Assembly: GCA_963726745.1 (NCBI GenBank)
Contig: CAVSDR010000003.1
Coordinates: 768,001 to 832,000 of the forward strand
Direction of reading: 5' to 3'
DNA length: 64,000 nt
From: an uncultured Verrucomicrobiae bacterium
GTDB lineage: Bacteria > Verrucomicrobiota > Verrucomicrobiia > Chthoniobacterales > UBA10450
The translations under genes and the position numbers were made by a program. Below the pieces are notes generated by a model. The model ran no database searches and had not been told where the DNA came from. It saw only the letters and a list, made by a program, of their open reading frames with translations. Positions 37,572 to 47,782 of the stretch are shown piece by piece (the first letter of the stretch is position 1; every line of letters begins with the position of its first letter).

Positions 37572-38783
37572 TTAGGCCGCAGTGATCTCGAGTGCGCGCT
37601 CATCCACGAGCACATCCTCAATGTGCTGCTCGAGCTGCTCGACGATCGATTCCCAGGAATTCTCCTCGGCCAGGGCGATCCCCCGCTCGATCCGCACGGC
37701 GTCGGGATGCGCCGCCGCCTGCGCGCACGCCCGGGTAAAGCTCGCATGATCCGGAGCCACCAGGACGACATCGCTAAATTGCCGCACCACGTCCTGCACC
37801 GGCGTGGAGACAATCGGACGGCCGGTGGCCATGTATTCCAGCGCCTTGGTCGGATTGATAAATCGGGTCGCTTCGTTCATCGCGAACGGCATCAGGCAGA
37901 CATCGAAGCCCCTGGCGTAGCTCGGCAGCTCGGCGTAATCGCGTCCGCCCAGCCAATGGAGATTGGCGCGTTGCGGGAAGCTTTGCGGGTCGACCTTGGT
38001 ATGCGGGCCCACCACGACCACGCTGCCCTTCGTCTCGTCGGCTAATTTGCCTAACAAGTCGTAATCCATCCGCTCATCGACCACCCCGATGTAGCCGAAA
38101 ACGGGCCCGGGGAGGCCTGCCAGGTCCGCCGGCAATTCCGTCAAGGGATCGCGCGCACGGCCGAAGTGATCGTGCTCCACCCCGCAACCGAAGGAATAGC
38201 AGTTTGGGTTCAGGACACGCTTGGCTTCCCAGATCTTCGGGCCGCCGGCAAAGACCACGTCCGCCAAAGCCAGCAACTCGCGTTCGCGGCGGACCAGTTC
38301 CGCCTGCGCGCCGCGGAAAAGCGAGAGCTCATCCATGCAATCGTAGACGATCGCGCGTTGCCCGAGGTGCCCGGCAAAAGCGGTCACCGCCATCGGATCG
38401 TAAAACCACTGCACCGGCGACCGGAAACTCTGCCCGAGCGGCCCAGCGAGCACTGCCTCGACCACGCGCCGGCGTTCGCTATCCACCCAGGCACCATCGC
38501 TCCAGCGCGCGGCCGGAATTTTTGTTTCCAGGACGACGACGTTTGGATAGTCGGCCACTTCACGGAGCACCGTCTCGGAATGCGTAACCTCAGTGGACGG
38601 CGTGGGACCCTCGACGAAAAGGACGCGATGCCGTTGCGATAAACGCGAATGAAACTGCTGCGGCCGCTGCCAGACCCAATCCCAACGCAGATGCGAGTGC
38701 ACGATGATTGGATAATCATTGAGCGCTTCCAGCTCCGTGCCCCATTGCTTCCCATCCCGCTGGCTAATTGATCCCGATATCAT
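37572..38783 (-). CDS. GT-B glycosyltransferase
   Basis: SHLRWDWVWQRPQQF, VYDCMDEL, GYIGVVDERMD, INPTKALEYMATGRPIVST. Confidence 0.85.
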   Translation of the reverse strand: MISGSISQRDGKQWGTELEALNDYPIIVHSHLRWDWVWQRPQQFHSRLSQRHRVLFVEGPTPSTEVTHSETVLREVADYPNVVVLETKIPAARWSDGAWVDSERRRVVEAVLAGPLGQSFRSPVQWFYDPMAVTAFAGHLGQRAIVYDCMDELSLFRGAQAELVRRERELLALADVVFAGGPKIWEAKRVLNPNCYSFGCGVEHDHFGRARDPLTELPADLAGLPGPVFGYIGVVDERMDYDLLGKLADETKGSVVVVGPHTKVDPQSFPQRANLHWLGGRDYAELPSYARGFDVCLMPFAMNEATRFINPTKALEYMATGRPIVSTPVQDVVRQFSDVVLVAPDHASFTRACAQAAAHPDAVRIERGIALAEENSWESIVEQLEQHIEDVLVDERALEITAA

Positions 38784-38910
38784 GTGCGGGATGATTCGTT
38801 GCGGCCTGCCGATTTGGTTTCCGATATTTCGGTAAAATCAGGCACTACGACTTTTCCTGACGAAGCGCGCGCCCTGCGGTGGAATCACGCCCGCGCAAGG
38901 CGGGAAAGAG

Positions 38911-38986
38911 TGGCGACCCTAACGGGATTCGAACCCGTGTTACCGCCGTGAAAGGGCGGTGTCCTAGGCCACTGGACGATAGGGTC
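38911..38986 (-). tRNA. tRNA-Glu (anticodon UUC)
   Basis: Reverse complement GACCCTATCGTCCAGTGGCCTAGGACACCGCCCTTTCACGGCGGTAACACGGGTTCGAATCCCGTTAGGGTCGCCA: 76 nt, 7-bp acceptor stem, CCGCC/GGCGG anticodon stem around TTC, GTTCGAAT T-loop, encoded CCA. Confidence 0.97.
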
Positions 38987-39039
38987 AGGAAGCGGGCCAA
39001 TATCAGAAGCCCGGTCTGCGGGCGCAAGTTATTTGCGGC

Positions 39040-40351
39040 TCAAAGCGCGGTCCGCCTTGGCCGCGGCAACGCGAGCAATAACTCCGCGGTCCGCACGGTC
39101 GCGCCGTGATGCGCCGCCAGGACCGCCTTGGCCTCGTGCACGAGCCCGGCGCAGCGCGCGGGATCGAGTAATAACGCCTCCAAAATGCCGGCTAATTCCC
39201 CGGCGGCGGCGATCTGCACCGCGCCCCGGCGTTCCACCAGGGTGCGCGAAAGCACGGCAAAATTTTCCATGTGCGGGCCGAAGACCACCGGGCGCCCGGC
39301 GAGAATCGGCTCCACCGGATTCTGCCCGCCTGTGGTCGTTAGGCTCTTGCCCACGAAGACGACCGTAGCCACGCCATACCAAGCGCGCAGCTCACCCGTG
39401 GTATCGAGCAGGAGAGCGTCAAAGCCGGCCGCCGCTGCTTCCCCGGCCAGCTCGCTCCGGCGCACCCAGCGCAGGCCTAACGAGTCCAGCATCCGCGCGA
39501 TCTCGGTGGTGCGCTCGACGTGACGCGGGGCGATGATCAAGAAGGCGTCGGCTAAGCACGCGCGCAGCTCCAGGAAGGCGCGCGCGAGGATTTCCTCCTC
39601 GCCATCGTGCGTGCTCCCGCCGAGGACGATCGGGCGCGTGCGGGCGATGCCGGCCGTTTCCAGAAGCGCGCGCGGGCCGGCGGAATCAGGCGCGGCTTCG
39701 CTTGGGTCGTATTTAATGCTGCCGACTTCGTGAATCGTCTCCGGGCGCACGCCGATGGCTTGCCAGCGCTCCGGGTCGCCGCGCTCCTGTACGCAGACGA
39801 GGTCGAGCCGGCGAAAGATCGGGCGCACGAAAGCGCGGAACTTCCGGAAGCGGCGCTCGGAACGTGGCGAGAGCCGGGCGTTCACGAGTGCCAGTGGAAT
39901 CCCGCGCGCCTCGGCCAACGCGGCCAGGTTCGGCCAGACTTCCGCTTCCACGAGGACGATCCGCTCCGGACGCAGGACGGCGAACGCGCGGCGCATGATC
40001 GGCCAAAAATCGAGCGCGTTGTAGAGCACCAGCATCCACTCTGGCGCCTCACGCTTCGCGAAGGCGTAGCCGGTGGTCGTGGTCGTGGTCAGGGCGCAGC
40101 GGAAATCCGGATCGAGCTCGCGCAATTTAGCCGACAACTTGAGCGCGATCGCGACCTCGCCCACGCTGACCGCGTGCATCCAGGTGTGCGGACGCGCCGC
40201 CGAGCCGCGCCCGCACTTCCTCGGAGTAAACGCCGAAACGCTGCCCAAAATTTTCCCGGTAACCGCCCCGGCGCCGCATCTTCAGGAAGTAGCCCGGGAG
40301 AAAGAAGAGCAGCCCGAGCGGAAAGAGCAGGTTGTAAAGCAGCCGGATCAT
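39040..40351 (-). CDS. waaA: 3-deoxy-D-manno-octulosonic acid (Kdo) transferase (frameshift near 40200)
   Basis: WMHAVSVGEV, TTTTTTG, VEAEVWPN, VNARLS, GSIKYD, GSTHDGEE, IAPRHVER, DTTGEL, GGQNPVEP, GPHMENF. Confidence 0.92.
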
Positions 40352-40354
40352 TCG

Positions 40355-40909
40355 TTAGGCCGGGACGAGGAAGAGCACCTCGGTGGCGCCGTAGGTTTTT
40401 CGGCGAAGCACGCTCCAAAGCGCGGATTCGAACAGCTCTTCCTCCGGCCGTTTCTCGAGCACGAACAGGCCGTCGGGCGCGAGCAACTTCGGCAGCATTT
40501 CGTGCTCCAGAAGTTGCCGGGTAAATTCGCCGCCGGCCTTGGTCTTCTCATACGGAGGATCGGCGAAAATGAGGTCGAAGATTTCGCTCGCGGCCGGCCC
40601 GCGATTGAGAAAACCGAAGACTTCCTGCTGCGTGATCCGGCCGCGGAGTTTCGTGCGCACGAAGTTTTGCTCGATCGCCTGGACGGCGGCGCGGTTCTCC
40701 TCCACGAACAAGGCCGAGGCCGCGCCGCGGCTGAGCGCCTCGATCCCAAGCGCGCCGGTGCCGGCGAAGAGATCGAGCACGCGCGCGCCGAGCACGCGGT
40801 CGGCCAGGCTGGAAAAGATCGCGGCCTTCACGCGATCCATCGTCGGGCGCACGTCGGTCTCCGGCACGGCCAGGCGGAGGCCGCCGGCGCTTCCGGCGAT
40901 CACCCTCAT
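40355..40909 (-). CDS. rsmD: 16S rRNA (guanine966-N2) methyltransferase
   Basis: MRVIAG...RPTMDRVKAAIFS, LDLFAGTGALGIEALSRGA, IFADPPY, YGAT. Confidence 0.93.
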   Translation of the reverse strand: MRVIAGSAGGLRLAVPETDVRPTMDRVKAAIFSSLADRVLGARVLDLFAGTGALGIEALSRGAASALFVEENRAAVQAIEQNFVRTKLRGRITQQEVFGFLNRGPAASEIFDLIFADPPYEKTKAGGEFTRQLLEHEMLPKLLAPDGLFVLEKRPEEELFESALWSVLRRKTYGATEVLFLVPA

Positions 40910-42414
40910 GGCTGCTCGCCCGCGGGGGTGGGAATCGCTTCCGGTTCCGCCGCGGGCGCGGAAGCTTCGGCAGGCTTGCGCTTTTCTTTCCGGCCGCCGC
41001 CGAAAAAGCCGCTGATGATCCCGCCGAGGTCGTTCAGGTCGCGGCCGACGAGTTTGCCGACGAGATCGGTCTTCGGCTTTTGCAGAGTACCGGTGATCTT
41101 GAAGTCGAGCGCGGCGAAGCCGGGCTCCTCCGTCGGCTGGAAACTTTCGCGCATCCCGCGCAGCAATTGCCCGCGCACCCGATCGTCCACCGCAAGCCGC
41201 GAATCGAGCCGGAGCCGGCCGTCAAAACCGAGCGTGCCGCGCGCGGTCACGCGCAGGTTGGTGGAGCTGAGCATGAGCTCATCGATCAAAACCACGCCGG
41301 GCGTGATGTGATATTTCACGTGCGCCTCCTCGAAGCGGAGCTGCGAAAGCTCATCGATCCGGAGCAATTGTCCCAAGGCCACGAGCAGGCTGTATTCCCG
41401 CACCTGGCCGTCGCGCAGGCGAATCTCGCCGGCGCCGGTGAGCGCGTTCGGATCGGCGGTTTTGCCAGCAGCTTCGAGCTCGCCCTCGATGCGTCCCTGG
41501 ATCATGCCCGCCGGGCCGCCAGCCTCGCGCACGAGACGGTTTGCCTGGACCTCGCGAAAATTTACCCGCGCGCGAAAAGGCGAGCCGGGATCGGCCGGGC
41601 GCATGCTGAAGTCGCCCGCAATTTCGCCGCCGGCGGCCTCCGCGCCGATGCGGGAAAACTCGAGCTGCCCCGGCGCGTAGGTGATGGGCGACTTGAGTTG
41701 CTTGAGGAAAAACCGATCGCGCAACGAGACCTCGGCCACGGAGACATCGCCACGCAGTTCCGCGGTGCGGCGGAAGGTGGAGCGAAAGCCAACCGCGCTG
41801 AAGGTGGCGACGGTGCGGCCCTGGGCGTCGAGGAAATGGAAGTTGCCGTTGGTCAGCTGGACGCGCTTGATCTCGGGGGTAAACGAGGGGGCGGAAGGGG
41901 CGGCGGGCGTGGGCTCGGGCGTCGCGGGCTGGCTCTCCTGCGCGGGGGCCGGCGGCGGGAACTTGATCCCTTCATCCGCAGGCTCGGCAGGCTCGGGGCT
42001 CGCCGTTCCTGGTTCGGGCGCGACCGTCGCCGGCAGGCGCCATTTCCCGGTCTCGTTCTGCGCCCAGTAGACCGTGGGATTAACCAGCGAGATCTCTTTG
42101 ATCACGAGCTCGCCGCTGAAGAGGGAGGAAAAACGCACGCGCAGCCGGAAGGTTTGCGCCTCGAGAAACTGCTCCGTGAGGGTGGTCGAAGCGTCCTGCG
42201 GAATGGTGATGCCGGTGAGCTTGAGGCCCCACCACGGGGTCACGCTGATGCGATCGATCCGCAGCCGCGCGCCGATGCGCCGGCTCAGTTCATCCTGAAT
42301 CCGCGCTTGTGTGCCCTGCGACTGGACATACAAGTTCACTGCCAGGAGCAGCCCCGCGAGCAGCACCAGGAGCGCGCCCAAAACGTAGAGCAGGGCGCGG
42401 CTGAGTTTTTTCAC
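40906..42414 (-). CDS. AsmA-family protein
   Basis: N-terminal TM anchor, beta-rich body, C-terminal FKITGTLQKPK typical of the AsmA-like C-terminus. Confidence 0.7.
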   Translation of the reverse strand: MKKLSRALLYVLGALLVLLAGLLLAVNLYVQSQGTQARIQDELSRRIGARLRIDRISVTPWWGLKLTGITIPQDASTTLTEQFLEAQTFRLRVRFSSLFSGELVIKEISLVNPTVYWAQNETGKWRLPATVAPEPGTASPEPAEPADEGIKFPPPAPAQESQPATPEPTPAAPSAPSFTPEIKRVQLTNGNFHFLDAQGRTVATFSAVGFRSTFRRTAELRGDVSVAEVSLRDRFFLKQLKSPITYAPGQLEFSRIGAEAAGGEIAGDFSMRPADPGSPFRARVNFREVQANRLVREAGGPAGMIQGRIEGELEAAGKTADPNALTGAGEIRLRDGQVREYSLLVALGQLLRIDELSQLRFEEAHVKYHITPGVVLIDELMLSSTNLRVTARGTLGFDGRLRLDSRLAVDDRVRGQLLRGMRESFQPTEEPGFAALDFKITGTLQKPKTDLVGKLVGRDLNDLGGIISGFFGGGRKEKRKPAEASAPAAEPEAIPTPAGEQP

Positions 42415-42472
42415 GCGGCAAGGTTACGCAGCGGCTCCCCCATGAAAAGATGAAAGCCCGCCCGCGCCGCCC

Positions 42473-43387
42473 GTGAAGAGCACCGCCATTATCCTCAATC
42501 CCGCGGCCCGCGGCGAACGCGCCCGCCGCCTGGCTGCGCGCGTGGAAAAGATGACCCACGGCGCGGTCCTGCGCGCGACCGCCCGGAGCGGCGACGCCGA
42601 GACGCTGGCGCGCGCCGCGGTCAAGGAAGGCTACCGCAAGATCATCGCCGCCGGCGGCGACGGCACGATCAACGAAGTGGTCAACGGCATCGCGGGGAGC
42701 GAGGTCACGCTCGGTCTTTTGCCGATCGGCACGATGAACGTTTTTGCCACCGAGCTGGGCCTGCCGGTTTCCGACATCGAGGCCTGTTGGCAGGTGATCC
42801 GCGACGGGAAAACGCGCGCGATCGATCTCCCGAGCGCGAACGGGAAACACTTTGTGCAGCTCGCCGGCGTAGGCTTCGACGCGCAGGTGGTCAAGGAAAC
42901 CAGCCGGGCGCTTAAGCGCAGCTTCGGCCCGCTCAGTTACATGCTCTCGGCTGCGCAGATCGCCGCGCGCACCCCGCCGCGGCTGCGGATCGAATCGGAG
43001 CATGCGGTGGCCGAGGAAGGCTCCTTCGTCCTCATCGGAAATGGCCGGCTCTACGGCGGGCCGTTTCCGTTTTTCAAGAAGGCGGTGATCGATGACGGCC
43101 GCTTCGACGTCCTCGTCTTCAAGCGCTTCAACTACATCGAGATCATCCGCTACATGCAGGACGTGATCTTCAGCAAACAGATCACCTCGCCCGAGGTGGA
43201 GTATTTCCAGACCACCTTCCTGCGCGTGCAGAGCGAGGGCGATGTGCCGGTGGAAATAGACGGCGAGCTCATCGGGAATTGCCCGGTGGAATTCCAGATC
43301 CGTCGGCATGGGCTGCGGGTCTTCGCGCCCGCGAAAGCGACGCGGCGGCGCACGATTAAGCCAACCGCCGCAAGGGCCGGGAATTAA
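42473..43387 (+). CDS. Soluble diacylglycerol-kinase-family lipid kinase (YegS/DgkB-like)
   Basis: ILNPAA, AGGDGTINEVVNG, LPIGTMNVFA, AGVGFDA, GNGRLYGG, EIDGE. Confidence 0.9.
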   Translation: MKSTAIILNPAARGERARRLAARVEKMTHGAVLRATARSGDAETLARAAVKEGYRKIIAAGGDGTINEVVNGIAGSEVTLGLLPIGTMNVFATELGLPVSDIEACWQVIRDGKTRAIDLPSANGKHFVQLAGVGFDAQVVKETSRALKRSFGPLSYMLSAAQIAARTPPRLRIESEHAVAEEGSFVLIGNGRLYGGPFPFFKKAVIDDGRFDVLVFKRFNYIEIIRYMQDVIFSKQITSPEVEYFQTTFLRVQSEGDVPVEIDGELIGNCPVEFQIRRHGLRVFAPAKATRRRTIKPTAARAGN

Positions 43388-44226
43388 ACCGCCGGCGCGT
43401 CGGTCACCGTCTCGCCGCCCGGCGCGGCGGAGTCGAGCTCCCAGAGAAGCCAATCGTCGTTGGTGACATATTTGCGGAGCTTGTTGTCCCAGCGTTGCGG
43501 AATTTCGCGCGAAAGTTTCTCGAGGAACGGGAGGAGCGGGTTCTGTGGCGGGTGGCGTTCTTCGCGCTCGTCCATCGGGATCGCTTTCCAGTCGAAACGC
43601 TCGCGATATTGCGCAAAGCCGAAGCCGTCGAAGAAATTGCCCGCGCCAATAAGCGGCATGTACCACAGGCTGGGGATGCCGCGCGGGTTTGGCTTTACCG
43701 GGACTTCGTTGGCTAATTTAGCCAGCAACTCGGCGCCCTTGGGATCGTCGCGCAAGTGTTCCTGCAAAGCGTCGAACGCCGGGAAACTCACCGGCGGACT
43801 AACGAACAGCACCGGCTTCATCTGCTGGCGCGAAAGGATGATCTCGTGCGCGGTCCCGACGCTGTAAATATTCGTCGGGCAATAGGCGATGGTGAAGTCG
43901 CTCGTATCGACCATCCGCAAGTCGATGTGGAGCGTTTCCCAAAAGTTCTCCGCGCAGCGTGCGCGGGTTTCGTCGCCCGCCTGCCCGGGCTCGAAGCTCC
44001 AGGTCTCGCGCACGTCGATCGTGTTGATGTCCTCGAGGCCGTATTGATGCAGCCCGCGCACGGCCGGCTTAAACCAGGGATCGAAGACGACTGAGCCTAA
44101 CGAGCGCAGGAAATCGCCCACGCGATTGCGCCAGCCGGCGGTTTTCTCCTCCACGCGTGAGGCCACGAAATCCATCGGCCCGGAGAGGTAGATGCGCGCG
44201 CCGCGCAGGTGATTGTTCGTGCTCAT
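43384..44226 (-). CDS. Nucleoside 2-deoxyribosyltransferase-like protein
   Basis: RIYLSGPMDF, VFDPW, DLRMVDTSDF, SVGTAHEI, KPVL pattern of the NDT/Rcl fold. Confidence 0.6.
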   Translation of the reverse strand: MSTNNHLRGARIYLSGPMDFVASRVEEKTAGWRNRVGDFLRSLGSVVFDPWFKPAVRGLHQYGLEDINTIDVRETWSFEPGQAGDETRARCAENFWETLHIDLRMVDTSDFTIAYCPTNIYSVGTAHEIILSRQQMKPVLFVSPPVSFPAFDALQEHLRDDPKGAELLAKLANEVPVKPNPRGIPSLWYMPLIGAGNFFDGFGFAQYRERFDWKAIPMDEREERHPPQNPLLPFLEKLSREIPQRWDNKLRKYVTNDDWLLWELDSAAPGGETVTDAPAV

Positions 44227-44257
44227 GGGGCTGGAGGCGCGGGGGTGAAAGTGCCGG

Positions 44258-44647
44258 CTATTTCTTGGCCTCGTCCTCTTTTGGCTTCTCGGCGGCTTCT
44301 TTCACTTTGATCTGCGAGGCCGAGGTCACCACGATCTCGACCTTGTCCTTGAACTCGACAATCTTGCCACTGACTGCGAGCTCCTTGCCTTTGTATTGCT
44401 CGACGTCGCCGACGGCGGCCGCATCCTTGGTGCTGATGAAGACCGTGAAGCGCGCGCCGCCGCTGCTCAGTTCGATGAAGGTGTTGCCGCCACTGGCTTT
44501 ATTCACCCGCTCGGCTTTGCCGGTGACGGTGGCGGTTTCGCCGATGTGCTTGGCGGCTTCCTCGGCGGTGTATTCCGCGCCGCTCTCGGCGTGCGCTAAC
44601 GAAACCAAGGTCGCGGCCAGGATGCTGACTAATTTTATCGCTCGCAT
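44258..44647 (-). CDS. Small exported OB-fold protein
   Basis: Start revised to MRAIKLV; signal peptide; AEEAAKHIGETATVTG, FTVFI, YKGKELAVSGKI, EIVVTSASQI. Confidence 0.65.
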   Translation of the reverse strand: MRAIKLVSILAATLVSLAHAESGAEYTAEEAAKHIGETATVTGKAERVNKASGGNTFIELSSGGARFTVFISTKDAAAVGDVEQYKGKELAVSGKIVEFKDKVEIVVTSASQIKVKEAAEKPKEDEAKK

Positions 44648-44678
44648 AAGTGCCGCAAAATCAGCGATGGGTATCGCG

Positions 44679-45721
44679 ATGTCGAGCCGGAAGCACCTTC
44701 TTCTTCTCCTTTGTTCGCTGCTCTCCGGCGCGGTCGTGCTCTCCGCGCCGCCGCCGATGCCGAATGATCCAGATTTGTTACCGCTCGACCTGAGCAATTG
44801 GCCCTGCCGCGACGAACCCGGCGGCTCCGCGAAAACGCCCGATGGCGTGGAGCGCAATCACGGGAAGAATCGCCCACCGGTATCGCTCGCCGGGTTGAAC
44901 ATCCCGAACTATGAGACCGCGAGCTTCCTGCAAAAAGTGAGCGCGTTTGAAGCGACCACGAAGGGGAAGCGGCGGACGGATTTAAACGCGGCCGAGCGCA
45001 AGCAGCTCGAGGCGTTGGAAAAGGAAATCGTCTCCTTCACCGGCTACCTGGTGATGGCCTACGCCAATGGCGCGGAGACGACGAACTGCAAGGACGCCGC
45101 GGTGCACGACTGGCATCTGGAAGTATTCGAGAAGCCGGCCGATCATCCGCCGCATCCCGGCGACCCCACGCCGATCGTCTGCGAGATCACGCCGCGCACG
45201 CAGGACCTGCTTTACAAGGCCGGCATCCGGATGCGCGACCTCGCGGCTTTCATTCGCCGGCCGGACATGACCGCAGAGCCGACCGGACACAAGGCGGCGC
45301 GAATCAAATTAACCGGCTACTTGCTCTGGGACGACGACCACAACGGGAAGGCCGACATCGGGCCGAAGATCGAGACGATCACCGCCGGCAACGGCTACCA
45401 TCATCCCTGGCGCTCGACCGCGTGGGAGGTCCATCCGGTGATGAAGATCGAGGTGCTCGATGGCGCCGCGCCTTCAGTTGCGACGCTCCGCCGCCCACGA
45501 CCACGCCGGCCGCGACCATGGCGCCGCTGCCGCCGGCGACGATCCAACCCGCAACCGTGACCTTGCTCGTGCCAACCAGAGTGAAAATCCCTTACGGCGA
45601 GACCGTGCTCCCGCGCGGGACAAAGTTGGAAGTGATCGCGCAGGACGCGCAAAGCGTGACCCTGCGCTACCTTGGGAATCCGGTGCGCGTCCCGCGCGCC
45701 TCGACCGACCTCAAACCATGA
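44679..45721 (+). CDS. Exported hypothetical protein (frameshift near 45490)
   Basis: Signal peptide MSSRKHLLLLLCSLL; HDWHLE, IVCEITPR, WDDDH, AWEVHPV; C-terminus continues in the 45422-45721 frame. Confidence 0.6.
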
Positions 45722-46161
45722 GCAGCGATCCCTTTCTCCAGGCGGCCCTCGAAGAAGCCCGCACCGGCCTCGCCGCCGGCGGCATTCCCATCGGCAGCGT
45801 GCTCGTTTTAGACGGCAAGATCATTGGCCGCGGGCATAACCAGCGCGTGCAAAAAGGGAGCGTGATCCACCACGCGGAAATGAATTGCCTGGAAAATGCC
45901 GGCCGTTTGCCGGGCGAAGTTTACCGGCGCTGCACGATTTACTCGACGCTTTCACCCTGCCCGATGTGCAGCGGCGCGATCGTCCTTTACGGCATCCCGC
46001 AGGTAATCATCGGCGAGAACCAGACCTTCCTCGGCGCCGAGGAAACCCTGCGGTCGCACGGCGTGAGCGTGGAGGTGCGGCAGGACGCGGAGTGCATCGA
46101 GATGATGCGGCGTTTCATTGCCGAACAGCCGCAGCTCTGGAACGAAGATATCGGCGTCTAA
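45718..46161 (+). CDS. Zn-dependent nucleoside/cytosine deaminase
   Basis: GGIPIGSVL, HAEMNCLENAG, STLSPCPMCSGA, WNEDIG. Confidence 0.9.
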   Translation: MSSDPFLQAALEEARTGLAAGGIPIGSVLVLDGKIIGRGHNQRVQKGSVIHHAEMNCLENAGRLPGEVYRRCTIYSTLSPCPMCSGAIVLYGIPQVIIGENQTFLGAEETLRSHGVSVEVRQDAECIEMMRRFIAEQPQLWNEDIGV

Positions 46162-46172
46162 CGAGTCGTCTC

Positions 46173-47706
46173 CTAGGCGACCCGGCTGAGCTGCGCGCGC
46201 AAGGCCGCGCTACCTTCGATCGTTTCCTGGAGCAGATGCTGCGCGTCGGGGAAAGCGCGCACCCGCAGGCAGACCTGGTAGGAGAAGAGGCTGCGCGAAA
46301 GTTTAAGCAGCAGACTGTTGAGCCCGAGGAGCGCGCGGCTCCAGCGATTCGTCCCGAGGGCGAGCGGGAACGGCGCGGGCACGCCGCGTTCCTCGAGCAC
46401 TTCGTAGCCGGCTTGCTCGAAGAGGGCGCGCAGCGACGCAAAGGTGAAGAGCCGGCGATGACCCAGGCCGAGAATGCCTTTGCGACTGTAATTAAATTGC
46501 CCGAGCAGGAGCATCGCGCGGGTGACAAAGAAAGCCACGTTGGCCGCGGTCACGATCACTTCCGGCTGCTGCCCCGCGCATCCGCCGGCGGAGGTCGTCG
46601 ACAAAAGTTTCCGGGTCGTGCAAATGCTCGACCAAGTCCATCAGGAGGATCTGGTCGAAATTGCCGACATCCTCTGGCAAGCGCGGCGCGGGCACATAGG
46701 GCACTGGCTGCGCGAGGTCGTTAGCCGCGAAATCAAGCGCGGTCACGCTGCAATCGCGCGCGCGCAATTCCGCGGCGACATTCTCGTGGCCGAGGCCAAG
46801 CTGGAGGACCGACTTTCCACGCGGGCAAGCCTCGAGCGCGAAAGTTTGCGAGGATTCGAAGCCGAGCTTGTCGCTGTGCCGGCCGAGCGCGGGGTTCACG
46901 TCGAACTTCCGGTCGTAAAACAAATGGATCCCGCAGAGGCGCGCCTTGATCGTCGCCTTGCAGACGTCCCAGGCATACTTCATCCCGTTCACGTGGCAGA
47001 TCTCGTCGCCGTAGAAAGTCGGGATCGGCAGCTCGGCGATGTGCAGTTTGCGCAGGACGAACTGGATGATGATCTCGGTGTCGAAATGGAAATCGTTGGT
47101 GTTTTTCTCGAACGGCACCTGGGCGAGCGCCGCGGTGGAGTAGAGTCGGTAGCCGCTGTGGAACTCCGAGAGCTGCGTGCCGAGCAGGCGGTTTTGAAAT
47201 TGTGTCAGCACCTGATTGCCGAGCCATTTGTAAGCCGGCATGCCGCCGGCGCGGGCCGCGGCCTTGTCGATCATGCGCGAGCCAAAAACCGCATCGGCTT
47301 GGCCCCGGACGAGCGGTTCCAAAAGAGCCGGCAACTTCTCGGGCGCGTATTGCCCGTCGCCATGGACCAGCGCGACGATGTCGAAGCCATGATCGATCGC
47401 GTAGCGGTAGCCGAGTTTTTGATTCCCGCCGTAGCCCTGGTTCCGCGGGGTGCGCAGGATGGTGATCTTGAACGCCGCGCTTCCCTGCTGAAAGCGCAGG
47501 CTGCTGGCAAAGGTGTTGTCCTTCGAGGAGTCGTCGATGATCAGGACCTCGACGTCGGGTGAATGCAGGCTCGCCGGGATGCGGGCGAGGACGCGTTCGA
47601 TCGTCGTCTCCGCATTATAGGCGACGATGAAAATGAGCAGACGCTTGCCGTTCAGGTCAAAAACAGCCGGCGTGCTGGGGGTTGAGTCCGCGCGCATGCC
47701 TCCCAA
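46173..47706 (-). CDS. GT2 glycosyltransferase fused to class I SAM methyltransferase-like domain (frameshift near 46580; start uncertain)
   Basis: FIVAYNAE, IDDSSKD, NQGYGGNQK, HGDGQY, FHSGYRLY, FHFDTE; then DLVEHLHDPE and GQFNYSRKGIL. Confidence 0.8.
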
Positions 47707-47782
47707 GTTCAGCTAGAAGCAGGCCAAGTCCAATGCCGAGACCGCTTGCGCCCGCGGCAGAGCTCGTGCTTAAGGAGCGCGC

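Noticed and set aside
38784..39040. tRNA-Glu as an integration site for a genomic island
   Set aside because: No integrase, no duplicated tRNA 3' end seen in the window, and the iterated motif continues on both sides.
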